A DNA stretch of 64,000 nt from Octopus vulgaris (GCA_951406725.2 OX597814.1:191828001-191892000); one strand, 5' to 3'; counted from the first letter of the stretch, positions 24,992-38,575 are shown. Numbers and translations are program-made. Notes: generated by a model not told the origin, from the sequence alone.

Positions 24992-25786
24992 ACATGGGAG
25001 ATATCAGAAGTGTTTATTGAATTTAGTGTACTATTTGTAGTTAGATGAATTAGATGCCAGGTAAATTGCTAAAACAGACGGGAAAGATGGGTGGGGTTGG
25101 GGACTAATGAAAAAAAAGCACAAAATAGCAATTTGAGAAACGTATTTATAAAATAAAATAAAATAATATAGAAGCAAGTGAGAAATGCAGAATGTATTAA
25201 TTATAAATTGAGAGCTACATTTGTAGAATGGCTGCCATTAAGAAAGAATTGAATGGCATTATAGGATACGTGATGCTTAGTATCTTAGATGAAAACCCAG
25301 AGAAACGTTATAATGGTGTGTATAGGATTTATAATGTGTATAAATGTGGACTGGCACTATTTGTAATATTTTGTCTCAGAGAAATTTTCTCAATGGCTTG
25401 TGTGTTAAAACACAAGGCTTTGATCAGAATGCTGGTGGATCACCAGACAGTGCTTTGACCTGATTTGGTCTCCTCACTGATGATTACCTGAGCCATCCTG
25501 AGCCAAGCCAAAAATGCCTTGTTTCAATTGAAAAATTGATAATGTATTGTGTGCAATCTAGCCAGGCTAGAAATGAATTAATACATGCATGTGAAACAGC
25601 CTCAGATTAATACTAGTGGTATAATACTTTTAGAATATGATGAAAATTAAAGGCTATTTGGATGCTTTATTTTTGTCAGCTGAGCTATGACGTGGTTGTT
25701 CCCTTGTTCACCTGAGTGATGTAGGTATTCTGAGGCACATAAAGATGTACTAAAGAGAGAAATCACTACCAACTGTCTTTGCTTAA

Positions 25787-25936
25787 GCCTTTGGTATTTA
25801 AACTGGCCGTGTCCACCCCAGCTATTTTACCTGTTTTATGTTCAATCCAGACTGATTTGGCTTATCACACTTACCTCACAATGTCATTCTAAAAATAAAT
25901 AATTACATTTGCCAGAGAAATCTGAATGCCAAAGGG
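25787..25936. mobile_element. piggyBac-type MITE, shorter copy of the 12257 family
   Basis: TTAA|GCCTTTGGTATT ... AATGCCAAAGGG|TTAA. Shares CCTGTTTTATGTTCAA and CAATGT.ATTCTAAAAATAAA with the 12257 copy. Confidence 0.8.
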
Positions 25937-26178
25937 TTAAATTACATAATTTCAACAGAAAGTGAGAGGGATGTTTAGTAGCAGTGTTTGACAATCCAAA
26001 TCAGCAATCCAGTATACTTATATTGTATGCAATCTTATTCTTTCCTTTACATGTATATAACTTACATGTATATAACTTGTACTGATGTAGGTACTCAGTA
26101 TTGTTAATGATAAAAATTTCTGTGGATCAATGGAACACTGTACTTAAGATTTGAACATTAAAGGTATTGATACTGTAT

Positions 26179-26410
26179 AAGGCAGCAAGCTGGCAGAAAC
26201 GTTAGCACGCCGGGTGAAATGCTTGGCAGTATTTTGTCTGCCGTTACATTCTGAGTTCAAATTCTGCCGAGGTTGACTTTGCCTTTCATCCTTTCAGGGT
26301 CGATAAATTAAGTACCAGTTATGCCCTGGGGTCGATATAATCAACTTAATCCATTTGTCTGTCCTTGTTTGTCCTCTCTGTGTTTAGCCCCTTGTGGGTA
26401 GTAAAGAAAT
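26179..26410 (+). mobile_element. SINE family A with a 17-bp TSD
   Basis: TSD AGGTATTGATACTGTAT at 26162-26178 and 26411-26427. Confidence 0.9.
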
Positions 26411-26781
26411 AGGTATTGATACTGTATCATGATCAGCTGTACCTCTGAAGGTGGGCTCATTTCAGTTTTGTGCCTAATAAAACTAGGTATTACATAAGCA
26501 GGTAGTAAAGAGTATTAAATTACCAAATGAAGTTTAACAATGGTAAGAATTGACATTTGTGCAGAATTAAAATTTTAAGATTTTCGCTTTTTTTTTTTTA
26601 AACTTTAATGCAACTTTTAGAAGTTTTATGTTTATGAGTTGCTGCTAAAATGATTAATTAAAGTAGAGGCTTTAATATTAATGGTGCTTCAAGTAAAGAA
26701 AATATCTAACAAGGAGTTAGATATTTCGTTTTAGGATTTGGTTTGCAAGGTTCTTTATGAGTTCATGTGTTGAAGCATATT

Positions 26782-26997
26782 CTGTTGTCTGGGGAGAGTC
26801 ATTTTTTTTTGTGCCTTATAATATAACACACTCACCGGTAAAATTTCCACTTCTTTCTTATTTTTATTTTCCTAAAATTTTCGTTGCATCTTGCAACCTT
26901 TTCAATAGTTTGAAATAAGAAAAAAGTGGAAATTTTACCGCTGAGTGTATTATATTATAAGGCACAAAAAGAAAATGACTCTCCCCAGACACAACAG
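26782..26997. repeat. Long inverted repeat (~80-bp arms, ~50-bp spacer)
   Basis: GTCTGGGGAGAGTCATTTT...GGTAAAATTTCCACTT versus AAGTGGAAATTTTACCG...AAAATGACTCTCCCCAGAC. Confidence 0.9.
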
Positions 26998-27238
26998 TTA
27001 GTTATTGCTTATCAGGAAACATCCTGATGTTATGGAAACATGAGAAGTAACGTTAGGTCAAAAGGCCTAAGATAAAGAAAATTGGAACTGCTTCTGTGAG
27101 GAGACAGTTTGGAAGAAGCTATTTTAGATTCCTCTCTCCCATCACATCATCAGACACTGACTGTTTATTTGATCATGTTGTAATATTGACTGTTCATATC
27201 AGTATATCTAAACTGAGGTTTTTGATTTATCTTTTCAG

Positions 27239-27331
27239 CATGTGAGCAATGATATCTTCTGGTTTTACATCATAGAGATTGGCTACTACATCTCCAGTTT
27301 GGTGCTTCATTTCACAGATGTGCGTCGAAAG
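27239..27331 (+). CDS. CERS: Ceramide synthase exon
   Basis: CTTTTCAG acceptor, AAG|GTAAAA donor, 93 nt. HVSNDIFWFYIIEIGYYISSLVLHFTDVRRK, leading into the Lag1p motif. Confidence 0.95.
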
Positions 27332-28134
27332 GTAAAAGCATTTACATATTTGTTATTAAGTGCCATGTCATAATTTTTTCTTCAACATTTTTGTCCTAAA
27401 CTAGGCTTCTGGCCCCTATAGTGTAAAGGACTACAGAAAAGAAAGGGGGGTTTACAAATTCAAAGGATGTCGACTACCCAAAAGCTTAAAGGATTGAATA
27501 TCATAGACTAGAGGAAAACAAGACAATGGTAACAAGTTCCAGAGAACAGCAGTTCAAAGAAAGAAGCTAACAGAATAAAAGGATATATCACTAACAGGAA
27601 GCTCAACAGAGAAATGATGTACCTGGGAAGAGGAGTGATACTCACTGGTTTAATACTCTCTGCCAAGACCTTTAAGTTTATCTGAGTAATGACCATGGAA
27701 ATATTTATAGAAAAGACACATATATTTAAATGTTCTAATATCTACACAGCTTTGGTTCTTTATCTCATTACGCAAAAAATTCTTATATACACACGCTGAC
27801 ATAGAACCAAAGTTGAACCCCTTATTTGCAAAATTACCAAACCTGGAACTTAACTTTGGCCTGTCTATAGCACTTATTCAGCATTACCTGATACCTTTGG
27901 GTCTCAATGACACCATTACCTCTTATATATATAATGTACATATATATATATATATGGTGTTAGGAAGGGCATCCAGCCGTAGAAGCACTGCCTGATAGAC
28001 TGGGCCTGATGCAGCCTTCTGGCTTCACAGACCCCAGTTGAACCATCCAACCCATGCTAGCATGGAAAGTGGATGATGATGATGATATATATATTAGATT
28101 TGGAATTGACTCTTGTATTTATTGTTATTTACAG

Positions 28135-28263
28135 GACTTTTGGGAACTCTTCATTCACCACATTATAACTTTATTGTTGCTGACTTTCTCATGGATTCAG
28201 AATATGATCAGAGTTGGTACTTTGGTGCTAGTAATTCATGACACTGTTGATCCCCTTGTAGAG
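28135..28263 (+). CDS. CERS: Ceramide synthase exon (Lag1p catalytic motif)
   Basis: TTTACAG acceptor, GAG|GTAAGT donor, 129 nt. DFWELFIHHIITLLLLTFSWIQNMIRVGTLVLVIHDTVDPLVE with conserved HH and HD..D. Confidence 0.97.
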
Positions 28264-29099
28264 GTAAGTGTCTTACATTTTTTGTCATGCTGGGATAATC
28301 ATTCATATTAGTCCAACCCGTGCTAGCACGGAAAACGGACGTTAAATGATGATGATGATTTCAGTTCAAGTTGCATTTTTATTTTTTCTTTCTTATAAAA
28401 TTCACTTCTCTTTTTTAACAATGATATATTTATCAAATGGTACATTGATTAATATTCCTTGTCGAAATACACATCAATGAAACTATGGCTGTATCTATAC
28501 TTTAAGTATTGAGTATTTTCATGTGCAGGCCTAAATGGTGCCAGTGATATGCAAAAAAGTACCCAGTTACACTCTGTAAAGTGGTTGACATTTGGAAGGG
28601 CATCTGGCTGTAGAACCATACATGTATACACAAACGTGTTGAGGGATGAAGAGCATGTTCTGAGGAGTGATTGCATTTGAGGCAAATGGAGTGCGAAAGT
28701 GAGGTAGAGCGAGGAAAAGGTGGAGGAAGAGATTGGGAGGATTGATTTGAAAAAAGAGGATGCCCCAAACTAGGCAAGATGGTGAGATAGTGTGAGGGCA
28801 GTTGCCATGGCACTGAAGTAGATCTGGCCACCCCCATTAACAGGGACAAAACCTGGATTTAAAACACTTGATGATGCACACACACACACCTGTAATATGA
28901 AACATGCAAGTGTTTGTCGCATTCTTCCTGGTTATATTCATAGCTGTGACAGTTTATATCAAGTTTACTCCAAAATTTAAAGAGATAATAAATAAATAAA
29001 TAAATAAAATCAGGCAAAAGTGTGAAAATACCTATTGCTGCTAGGACCAGAACCATTTATATAAATTGGCATGTGATTCACTTTATTTGCTAGCTTTGA

Positions 29100-29520
29100 T
29101 TAAAGATCCAGAATACTGCATTGCAGGAACAAGGTGATTCCTGATTGTCCATCATTTCAAATGAACTGAGATCATGAGAGCAGGACTACAAATCCTATAT
29201 AACTCTTTACTCTATCCTAAATCTCTTCCTTTCGACATCCATCCCTCACTGGTAACAGTCTACCACCCACTTTTATCTACCACCAATACACCCAGCTTAG
29301 TTCATCACCCACTGCATTCACCTCACTTATATTCATTTTCTTGTATCTTGAGAGTATGCCATGACATCTTCGTATTACCATCTTTATCTTGCTTTCTGGA
29401 TCCACCTCATTTATCATTTATATGTGGAGTTGCCGTGAATCCCCTCCATAACAACAAACCTGTTCCTTTCTGTCATACTTTAACCCTTTAACACCTTATA
29501 TAAAACTACCTCTCTCTCTC
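29100..29520 (-). mobile_element. Decayed LINE (RTE-like) fragment
   Basis: Purine-rich minus strand with weak similarity to the RTE post-RT region. No intact motif. Confidence 0.4.
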
Positions 29521-29763
29521 TCTGTTATACTCCCTCACAGTCTAAGGGCTCTAGAGTCTTGCAAATTACAATTTGACGTCGCTGATGGTGGTGCCACAAA
29601 GATAACACCCAGTACATTCTGTAAAGCATCCTGTTGTATAAAAACCAGGCGAAAACTAAATCATTGGAGCAAGGTGTGATTATCAGACCTATTGGATTTT
29701 GTCAACAGTCCAGTTGGCATGGAAAGCACATGTGAAATTATGAAATATGAATGCGTGTATGTA

Positions 29764-30425
29764 TTGGGGTCATCCCATAGATAGTGTGGCTTTTTGATGC
29801 TTCTTTTATTTTTCAAAATTAAGATAAACAAAGTTCATTTTTAATCCAAAATATGCTCTCCTTCATTTTCTACAATGCTCTTCCATCTATCTGGTGGACT
29901 TGCAAGGCCCTTCTTCCAAAATTCACTTGTCCGTGACAAAAATACTCTTCCAGTACTGTTCTGACCTCATCTACAGAATTCATATTTTTTCTGTCCAAAT
30001 GATTTTGAAGACTGTGAAATAGATGATAATCAATTGAGGCAATGTCTGGCAAATATGATGAGTGGAGCATCGTTTCCCATTCAAATTGCTCCAGACTTTA
30101 GAGTATCATCCTTGCTGTATCGGGTCAAGCATTTTCCTGATTGAAGAACACCTTTCGTCTTGAAACCAAAGATGGTCGTTTTTCTTCTAGTGCTGACTTA
30201 AGCTACTCAAGTTGCTCGCAGTAGATCTTTATCATTTGGTTTGGGTTTAAAAGTTCAAAGTAGACGAAACCTTTCATATCCCACCAAACAGATAACAACA
30301 CCTTACGTGGGTGAAGACCTTCTTTAGCTTGGGGTGCCCCTGTTTCTCCTTTCTCTACCCACTCACTGCCTTTGGTGCTTGACATTTTTATAGAGAACCC
30401 ATTTCTCTAGTCACTGTTTGGTCCA
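29764..30425 (-). mobile_element. Mariner (DD34D) 3' half with one TIR
   Basis: GLHPRKVLLSVWWDMKG and LHSSYLPDIASIDYHLF (cf. HPPYSPDLAPSDYHLF). TA|TTGGGGTCATCCC terminus. Confidence 0.88.
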
Positions 30426-30708
30426 AAAAAAGGTTCATTCATGAGACATGACAGCAAAGAGCATAAATGAGTGCACAGTAAAGAGGGATAAGCAACAGGA
30501 TGTGGTGGGGGGGTGAGAGGTAAGCTAAAGGGTGAGTAGATGTCAAGAAGTGACAATGGAAGGAGTGGAGAAGAAAGGTTTGATTCAAAGCTGTCAACCA
30601 AAACAGGAGTGCTCCAAATATAAAAGAATGTGTGTGTGTGTGAGTGAGAGAGAGTATGTATGTATGAGTGGAAGTTGTATGCACAAAAGGGCCAATCAGC
30701 ATGCATAG

Positions 30709-30744
<36 letters not shown>

Positions 30745-30953
30745 ATGTTTCAAAGAGGCAAGATGGTAGGTGAATAGAGGTATGTGTATGTATGGGTGTA
30801 TATGTATGTGAAAGGTGTGTGTATATGTATGGGGTGTGTTAAAGGGAAGTGTGTGCATCTATGCGGAAGCTGTGTTAGTGTAGTGGAAGCATGAGGTTCT
30901 GTAGAGTAGACATGTAGGGGTAGCCAGGAATACATACATATATATATATATAT

Positions 30954-31325
30954 CAGGGATGTGCTGCCTGGGTAGGTAAGGTAGGCAGTGCCTACCCTGA
31001 ATGAGATATATCGATAGTAACATTTTCCTTTTATGGTAAAATATGTTCCTTATTCAATAAAATGCAAAATATTTTTTTTTTTTGTAGATTAGGTAGGCAT
31101 AATTTGCCCTTGCCTTTCAATCTTAGTATTAAAACTATGCATAGTACTGCAGTAGTATATGTGCTGCGTACATTTCTACACTGTTTTCTTTACACACTAT
31201 AAAGGCAGAAGTACATCTGCCTCTAACTCGATCATGCACCTGTGTTTTGCTTATTTCTTTATGTATTTTACTACATAAATGTCACCAACTGCCTACCCTG
31301 AGTAATTACTAGCGGCATGTGCCTG
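30954..31325. mobile_element. hAT-like MITE
   Basis: CAGGGATGTGCTGC ... GCGGCATGTGCCTG termini; subterminal TGCCTACCCTGA at both ends; ATATATAT/ATATACAT 8-bp flanks. Confidence 0.65.
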
Positions 31326-31641
31326 ATATACATTTATAGATATGTACATTGCCGTCATTTAATGTCCATGTTCCATGCTGGCATGTGTTGGATGGTCTTA
31401 CAGGTTTTGATGTGTCCAGGGACTGTATTCAGCTTCAATGTCTGCTTTGGCATGGTTTTTACAGCTGGATGCCCTTCACTTCACAACATGGACTGGTTGC
31501 TTCAGCTCCATGCTAGGTGACGAGGGGATTATTATGAGAGAGGTAGAGCAGCGCAGGTTACTGCCCAGGCGGATCTACATAACTACTCAAAAAGAAAAAC
31601 CATACACATATGTAAACATATATACACACTTACACATATTC

Positions 31642-31677
<36 letters not shown>

Positions 31678-33027
31678 CTCTCACATATGATCAAATCAGC
31701 CCCAAAATTTATTTTAAGTCTATTGTTTAATTTATCAGTCTCTTTTTTTTGCTTGACAAACCACTGTTATAGCATTAAAAAAAACATGCATATGTGTGTG
31801 TGTGTGTGTGTGTATACAACTGGCTGTGTGTAGGAACTTTTCTTTCTCACCATTTGGCAACTGGGTGCATGTTTTTTTTTTTTTTTTGCTATAACTTAGT
31901 GGTTTGTCAAGCAAGAAAAGAGACTGATAAATTAAACAATAGACTTAGAATAAATTTTGGGGCTGATTTGATCAGCTTACCCCATTAAGACAGTGCCCCA
32001 TCATGGCCACAGTCCAATGACTGGAACGGGTAAAAAAAGTAAATATATAGTGACATTGTAACTGAATTTTCTTAAATTAATTTATCAAATTATTTTTAAT
32101 GGTAATGTTTATCGTATCATGGGAAGGTCATTATGCCAACAATAAGCACGTGCACTGGTTCAGTTTCACTTCTTTATTAATCAATTGGTTAGTTTTTTAA
32201 CTACTTGACTAATTGAATTCTTGCTTAATCAGTCAATCAGTTGTTTGTCAAAGTCCTTTGTCATTTGTGGCCTTATAAATGATAACGTCCTCTTTCCTCC
32301 AGGTCAGCTTCAAATCTGTTCTCTAGTTAATATTTATAGAATTGTTAGTATGTCAGGCAAAATGCTTAGCAGCATTTCATCTATCTACATGTTCTGAGTT
32401 CAAATGCTGCCGAGGTTGGCTTTGCCTTTCAGGGTTGATAAAATAAGTACCAGTTAAGCACTGGGGTTGTTGTAATTGACTCAGGCCCTCCTCCAAAATT
32501 GCTGGCCTTGTGCCAAAATTTGAAATCAATATTTAGATAGTTGTATGGTCATGTACATGAAAAGGAGGAGAGAGAAAGGAAGAGTGATTGTGCATGCATA
32601 TGTGTATGTGTATGTGACTGTGCATGTATATATGGGTATAAATTTGTGTGTGTGTGTGTGTGTGTGTGCATTCTTAATGTGTTATGCTATTAATAAATGG
32701 TATTTTGGAAGAAGTGTTTCGACAAGATAAAATTTAGGTTTCAATCTAGTTGTGATGAATGACAGAAAAAAATGCTTCCGCCAAACTTCTACTCTCTGTG
32801 ATTGTAATTAGATAAAATTTAATGTTTTCCCTAATTTCAGTTTATATTTTGTTTCTTTATTTCCATTTCTATCTTATCTAACTTTTAAAGTTTGCTATTG
32901 GCCACATTTGAAAGAAAAGATAACACAGTAGATAGTAAATGGGGTTAGTTAGTTTTTTCTTGTAAATTTGATATTTTGATAGTAAACCTGTTTCTTTTCT
33001 TTTCTTTTTTTTTTATTTGTAAATCTA

Positions 33028-34253
33028 TTGGGTTGGAAACTAAGTTCCTGCCATTTATTTTTAAATTAAATTTTTTAAAAGGTTTAATAAAAAAAATAAC
33101 TAATTAATCAATAGTGTATTCACCCTTGTTTACAACTTCTTCCCAACGTTCAATAAGATTTTCAATACCTCGTTGGTAGAAATCGCCCAATTTCGACTCA
33201 AAAAATTGATCCAACCAAGCTCTCAATTCTGCATCAGTAGTGAACAAAACTCGTGCATCACATTTGAAAGAGATTGAAAAAGGTGGAAATCTGTTGGTGC
33301 CAAATCAGGAGAGTACGGCGGGTGTGGTAGCACTTCCAAGTCATGTGTTTGAATGGCTTCCTTGCTCATATTGGTGATATGAGGGTGGGCGTTGTCGTGC
33401 AACAGAACTCCATGCTACTGATTAATTTTTTCTCTTGAATAGCCATGTTGAGTCGTTCCATCTGTTGAACAAAGTTCTGCATTGACCATTTGGTTTCGTT
33501 CAAGCAACTTGTAATGGATAAGCCCTTCCCAGTCCCACCATATGCACAATATTGTTTTATGCAGATGATCTTGTTTCACGTGTGGTATCGCTCGTTTACT
33601 AGGGCTAAGCCATTTCTTACACTGTTCATATTGATGTACAAGCACCATTTTTCGTCGCCACTAACGATTCAGTAAAGAAATTGTTGCTTGTGTCCATGAG
33701 TTGAGCGGTAATGAGCAAGCAAGCGAGCAGAGATTGTGGCTTGTTGACTTTTGTTGTCACATAAAGCATGCGGAACCCATGCTCCATACTTCTGAACCTT
33801 TCCCATTCAGTGAAGCTGCTTCTCTATAGCAGTGTGGGAGCATTCCATTTTCTCTGCCAGTTCCCTTGTCGTTTGATGAGAATTTTCATGCAAAAGATAG
33901 TTTAATCACTCTTCATCGAACTCAACTGTACGGCCAGAACGAGGTGCGTCTTTGAGGTCAAAATTTCCATTTTTGAACTTGGCATACCATTCACGAATGG
34001 TTCTTTCAGCTATGGCACCTTCTCCATACACAGCACAAATGTCATGAGCAGCTTTTGTGGCCTTAGAACCTTGATTAAAAGCAAAAAGAAGGAGGTGTCA
34101 AAAATGCTTGTTTTTCTTAACTTGACTTTCCATTTTAATAATCTGAAAATAAACAAAAATTAACTAAACAAAATAGATTCCAAAATTTAAAAATACAATA
34201 TATTCCAAAATTAAAAAAAAAAAAAAACTGCAGAAACTTAGTTGCCGACCCAA
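33028..34253 (-). mobile_element. Full-length mariner element, transposase pseudogene (ATG at 34133)
   Basis: TA|TTGGGTTGGAAACTAAGTT ... AACTTAGTTGCCGACCCAA|TA TIRs. Translation contains GNFDLKDAPRSGR, WVPHAL, LCIWWD and HPPYSPDLAPTDFHLF, with stops and frameshifts. Confidence 0.93.
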
Positions 34254-34692
34254 TAATTACTTTTAATACAAATAAATCTATGAAATGCATGGGTAGTGTA
34301 TTTCGATTAATTTTGGAAATAATTAAGAAATTAGTTATTTTCAAGTAATTGAAAAGTAATATAAAATAACTTTTTTCGCTTAATTGGCATGTTAAATTGT
34401 CTGACTTTGGGACCAAACTTCCAGATAGTTATGAAGAAAGTGTAGGTATGGTTGTATGGATAAGTACAAATTCTGCCATGGTTGACCTTGCCTTTCATCC
34501 TTTCAGGTTCAATAAAATAAGTACCAGTTAAGCACTGGGATCAATATAATCAATTTACCCCCACCTCCTAAAATTTGAAGCCATCATTATTATTATTATT
34601 ATTTATTTTCCCTATAGTTATTCCATCTTTTCCTTCTCAACATCTGCCCTTAAACACAAAAATATTCATGTAATTTCCTTTTTTCTTCACAG

Positions 34693-34799
34693 TCTGCTAA
34701 AATGGCGAAATATTGTGGCAAGCTAGTTATGTGCGACGTACTTTTTGTTGTTTTTGCTAGCACTTGGTTTATTACAAGGCTTGTGATATTTCCCTGGAG
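34693..34799 (+). CDS. CERS: Ceramide synthase exon
   Basis: TTCTTCACAG acceptor, AG|GTAAGT donor, 107 nt. SAKMAKYCGKLVMCDVLFVVFASTWFITRLVIFPWR. Confidence 0.96.
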
Positions 34800-35723
34800 G
34801 TAAGTACTAGTCTTCACTTTTCAAGAATTTACTTTATAAGCTTGAATGAAAAACATTTAACTTCACATCACTTCAGATGAAGATTGGTGGTGGTGATAAG
34901 AATGATGTTGATAGCATTTGTTTACCATATCCTCTATCCTTGATCATTATTCTAATCCTTCTTAAGGCAGCGAGCTGGCAAAATCATTAATATGCCTAAC
35001 AAAATGCTTGGCAGCATTTTCTCTATCTTTATGTTGAGTTCAAATTCTGCTGAGGTCAACTTTGCCTTTCGTCCTCTCAGGGTTGTTAAAGTAAGTACCA
35101 GTTTAGTGTTGGGAGTCATTGTAATTGGCTATCCTCCTCCCACACAATTTCAGGCCTTGGGCCTATAGCAGAAAGGATTATCTTAATCCTTCTTCACCTA
35201 AAGCGTTTTTAACTTTCAACAGTTTAAAGAACAATTTTTTATTAATATTTTTGAACATCCAATGGTTTTATCATAAAACAACTCTTATCTGATTTGAAGA
35301 TGAAGAGTCACTTTTCCTATAACTAATTTGTTTTTTCCAAAATTGAACCACATACAAAACTGGATAAAAAAACTGAATGTAAAATGTAAAACTTCTGATG
35401 CAGTGTATAAAATGATGATGTAAACGGAGCAACTAGAAAACTTGTAAACTGTGAAATGAGTCAAAATTGTGAATTAAAATTCACCGAGTTTATTACACCT
35501 ACTTCTCATTTATGACTCTTTTAAAAACTTTCTTGCTGACTGCAATCTGCAGGTCTGCTTAGAGATTCACGTATTTCTTAGATCTTGTGTTGATAAAGAA
35601 GATAGTTGAATGTAGATTTTTTTTTAAGGATGTCATTACAAATGGAATGAGGGTACTGTTCTTGATCATAATCTCTTAAAGTTCTCTCTGCACTAAATAA
35701 AATAAAGTTAGTTTCAAAAGTTA

Positions 35724-35960
35724 ATCATCATCGTTTAGCGTCCGCTTTCCATGCTAGCATATGGGTTGGACGGTTCAACTGGGATCTGGGAAGCCAGAAG
35801 GCTGCACCAGGCCCAGTCTGATCTGGCAATGTTTCTATGGCTGGATGCCCTTCCTAACACCAACCACTCCATGAGTGTAGTGGGAGCTTTTTAGGTGCTA
35901 GACGAGGCTAGCAAACGGCCACAATCGGATGGTGCTTTTTACGTGCCACCAGCACATGTG
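35724..35960 (-). mobile_element. SINE family C copy
   Basis: CATCATCGTTTAGCGTCCGCTTTCCATGCTAGCAT...GGATGCCCTTCCTAACACCAACCACTCC. Confidence 0.85.
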
Positions 35961-36149
35961 AAAAGCACATGGTTCAAAATTAATGGATAATTTTATTCTG
36001 GAAACCAAAATGTTACTACAATGTATATTTCCTTTCCTTGTTGCACTTTTGAAAATATCATCTTGCACCCCTAGTAGATGTTGTCTCCCCAGAGTGGGAA
36101 TCCCTGCTTCACACATCCTAACCCGACAAATAACGAGAGTTCAATGCTG

Positions 36150-36595
36150 CTTCCTGCACCAGCTTCACATAGAGGCCCCAGCCCATCCAAAGTACCTTGG
36201 GTCGCAGGACAGCCTGCTGTGCTTACCTTGGATCGTGGGGCGACCTGCTGTGCTTGAGGAGACCTATTGAGTCAAGTACATCAACATCAAAACAATCAAA
36301 TGGAAATTGTAGTTGTGATACCCATACCAGCGGCACGTAAAAAGCATCATCCAAACGTGGCTGATGCCAGCACCGCCTTGACTGACTTCCGTACCGGTGG
36401 CACATAAAAAGCACCAAACGATCTTGGCCGGTGCCAGCCTCCCTTGGCAGAGTGGTTGGCATTAGGAAGGGCATCTAACTGTAGAAACACTGCCAGATTA
36501 GACTGGAGCCTGGTGCAGCCTCCTGCTTCTCAGACCCCAGTAAAACTGTCCAACCCATGCTTGCACGGAAAACGGATGTTAAACGATGATGATGA
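36150..36595 (+). mobile_element. SINE family C copy with extended 5' region
   Basis: Two GGCACRTAAAAAGCA units, then the family C body and (GAT)n tail. Inverted relative to 35724-35960. Confidence 0.85.
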
Positions 36596-38018
36596 TATAT
36601 TTCTGTTACCCTCTTTTAATCTTCTTCACATTTATATTTATATTCCTGGGTTTTAATTATTTATTTCCTCGTATCGTCATTTGGAGGCACTTTAGTTAAA
36701 CTGTATTATTTTAATATTTCAAGTGAGAAATCCAGTTGATCCTCCTACATATTTGTAATCTTAGAGCTGAAGAGATAATTTTGTACATCTGCCCTCAGTC
36801 ATTGTGGAGCTTTGGTTAAAACATCCCATAATAGTGATAAATGATTCATCTCCATGCACTTAGTAAATGGAACAAATGGTTGATTCATTGACACCAAACT
36901 CGTGGCCCAAAGCTTCCACTGTTATATATTTTCCTGTTCGTCTCTACCTTTTCCTGTAGAGAATAACACTTGTTTACATCATTGATTAGAGTCAGGTGCC
37001 TTCATATTTATGTTGTTCACTGTTCCCATGTTGATGTGTGCAAGTACATAAATCCATATTTAAAAAAATGAGTAGCTATACAGCTTGGTCATGTAAACAC
37101 GAGTGATAGTCAGTGCATTCTGAGTAATTGACCACTGCAGGTGGCCACTAGGCACTTTCTTTTTTTTTTTTTCTTTTTTTTTGTGAAACAAGCAAGATCT
37201 TTGATTTCCAAATTTTGTGTTATCACAGATCAATCTGTGAAAAGCACAACATGGTTCAAAATTGAGTGTGTCATGTTATGCTTACCACAGATAAATATAA
37301 CATCAATGACAATAAATCTGTGATAAACAAGGTCACAAGTACTGGGGGTGGGGGTTGGCAGGGGTAGGGTAAACTTGACATGTCTTTTTTATGTTTGTTG
37401 TCCATGTATAAAGTCTTCTTAAGACTATTCTCAGTTGAAGAAGAGTTTCCAGCATTTTTGTGAGGAATTACACCATCCTGTAGAAATATTTTCTTTGCTT
37501 TTTAAAGCATGCAGATTTTCTCTCACTCAGAATATTGAATTCTTGAGTTTGACTTTAAAGCCAAAAGTTCAAACTAGAAGCCATTAGATTGCCATTTATT
37601 TTTTTTTATTTATTTTTTTTTGTTCTGTCTGGTGTTTTCCACCATGTGGTGCTTGATTCTCTTCATATTCCATCATTGGAGCTTGGCAGACAACAGTGTC
37701 TGCCAAATTTCAATGGCAAGTTGAATAACTTGATTTCTCATGAATGATGTAATAGTTTGATAATTTTTCATATCTTGCCAGAGAATATTTGGCTAAATAC
37801 TGGTCATAAAATTCTGAAAGTTACTCCTCCACAAACATTGCAACTTCATGTTACTACATCTATTGTAATACAATATAGTTATAGTTTAATTTTCATTACT
37901 ACGACTCAAACTTTCGTTAGAAACAATCATTAATATTCAGCAGTGTTTATTAATAAATTGTTACAAAAAAAAAATTTAAATAAAATAAATGATCAATTAT
38001 TATGAGAGAGAAATTGTA

Positions 38019-38575
38019 TTGGGTTGTCTGGAAAGTTTGTGCCGATTTATAGCAGTTTACCTTTCCACTTATTTTAGAACATGGTTGAGTCCATAAAATA
38101 GGATTTGACTATACCTCCATTTAGAGCAGAGTTTAAGCTATCCTTTCGTGGAAGAAGGTTTATGTTCCTATAACCTATGTTAATTCTATAACCCTTTAAA
38201 ATGGAAGATAAGAAAGTTCATCTTCGGCACTTGATGCTTTGAGAATCAGACAAAAATTGCTGCAGCTCGGCTGGGATGTGTTATCCAACCCTCCATATTC
38301 ACCAGATATTGCTCCTTCGGATTTCCAATTATTCAGGTCTCTGCAGAATAGTCTTAATGGTAAAAATTTCAATTCCTTAATGACGTACAAAGATACCTTG
38401 ATAAATTCTTTGCCATGAAACCACCTCAATTCTGGGAAGAGGGTATTTTCAAGTTAAAGGGAAGATGGAGACGCATTGTGCTACAAAATGGTTCATATTT
38501 GGTTAATTAAAAATATGACAAGTATTTATTGACCTTTTTTTTCCTTTAAAAGCACGAACTTTCCGGACAACCCAA
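38019..38575 (+). mobile_element. Internally deleted mariner with both TIRs
   Basis: TA|TTGGGTTGTCTGGAAAGTT ... AACTTTCCGGACAACCCAA|TA. MEDKKVHLRH is joined almost directly to QKLLQLGWDVLSNPPYSPDIAPSDFQLFRSLQNSL. Confidence 0.9.

Noticed and set aside
24210-25048. Longest ORFs in the track (up to 261 aa; [12 protein letters not shown])
   Set aside because: Translations of a dinucleotide microsatellite; not genes.
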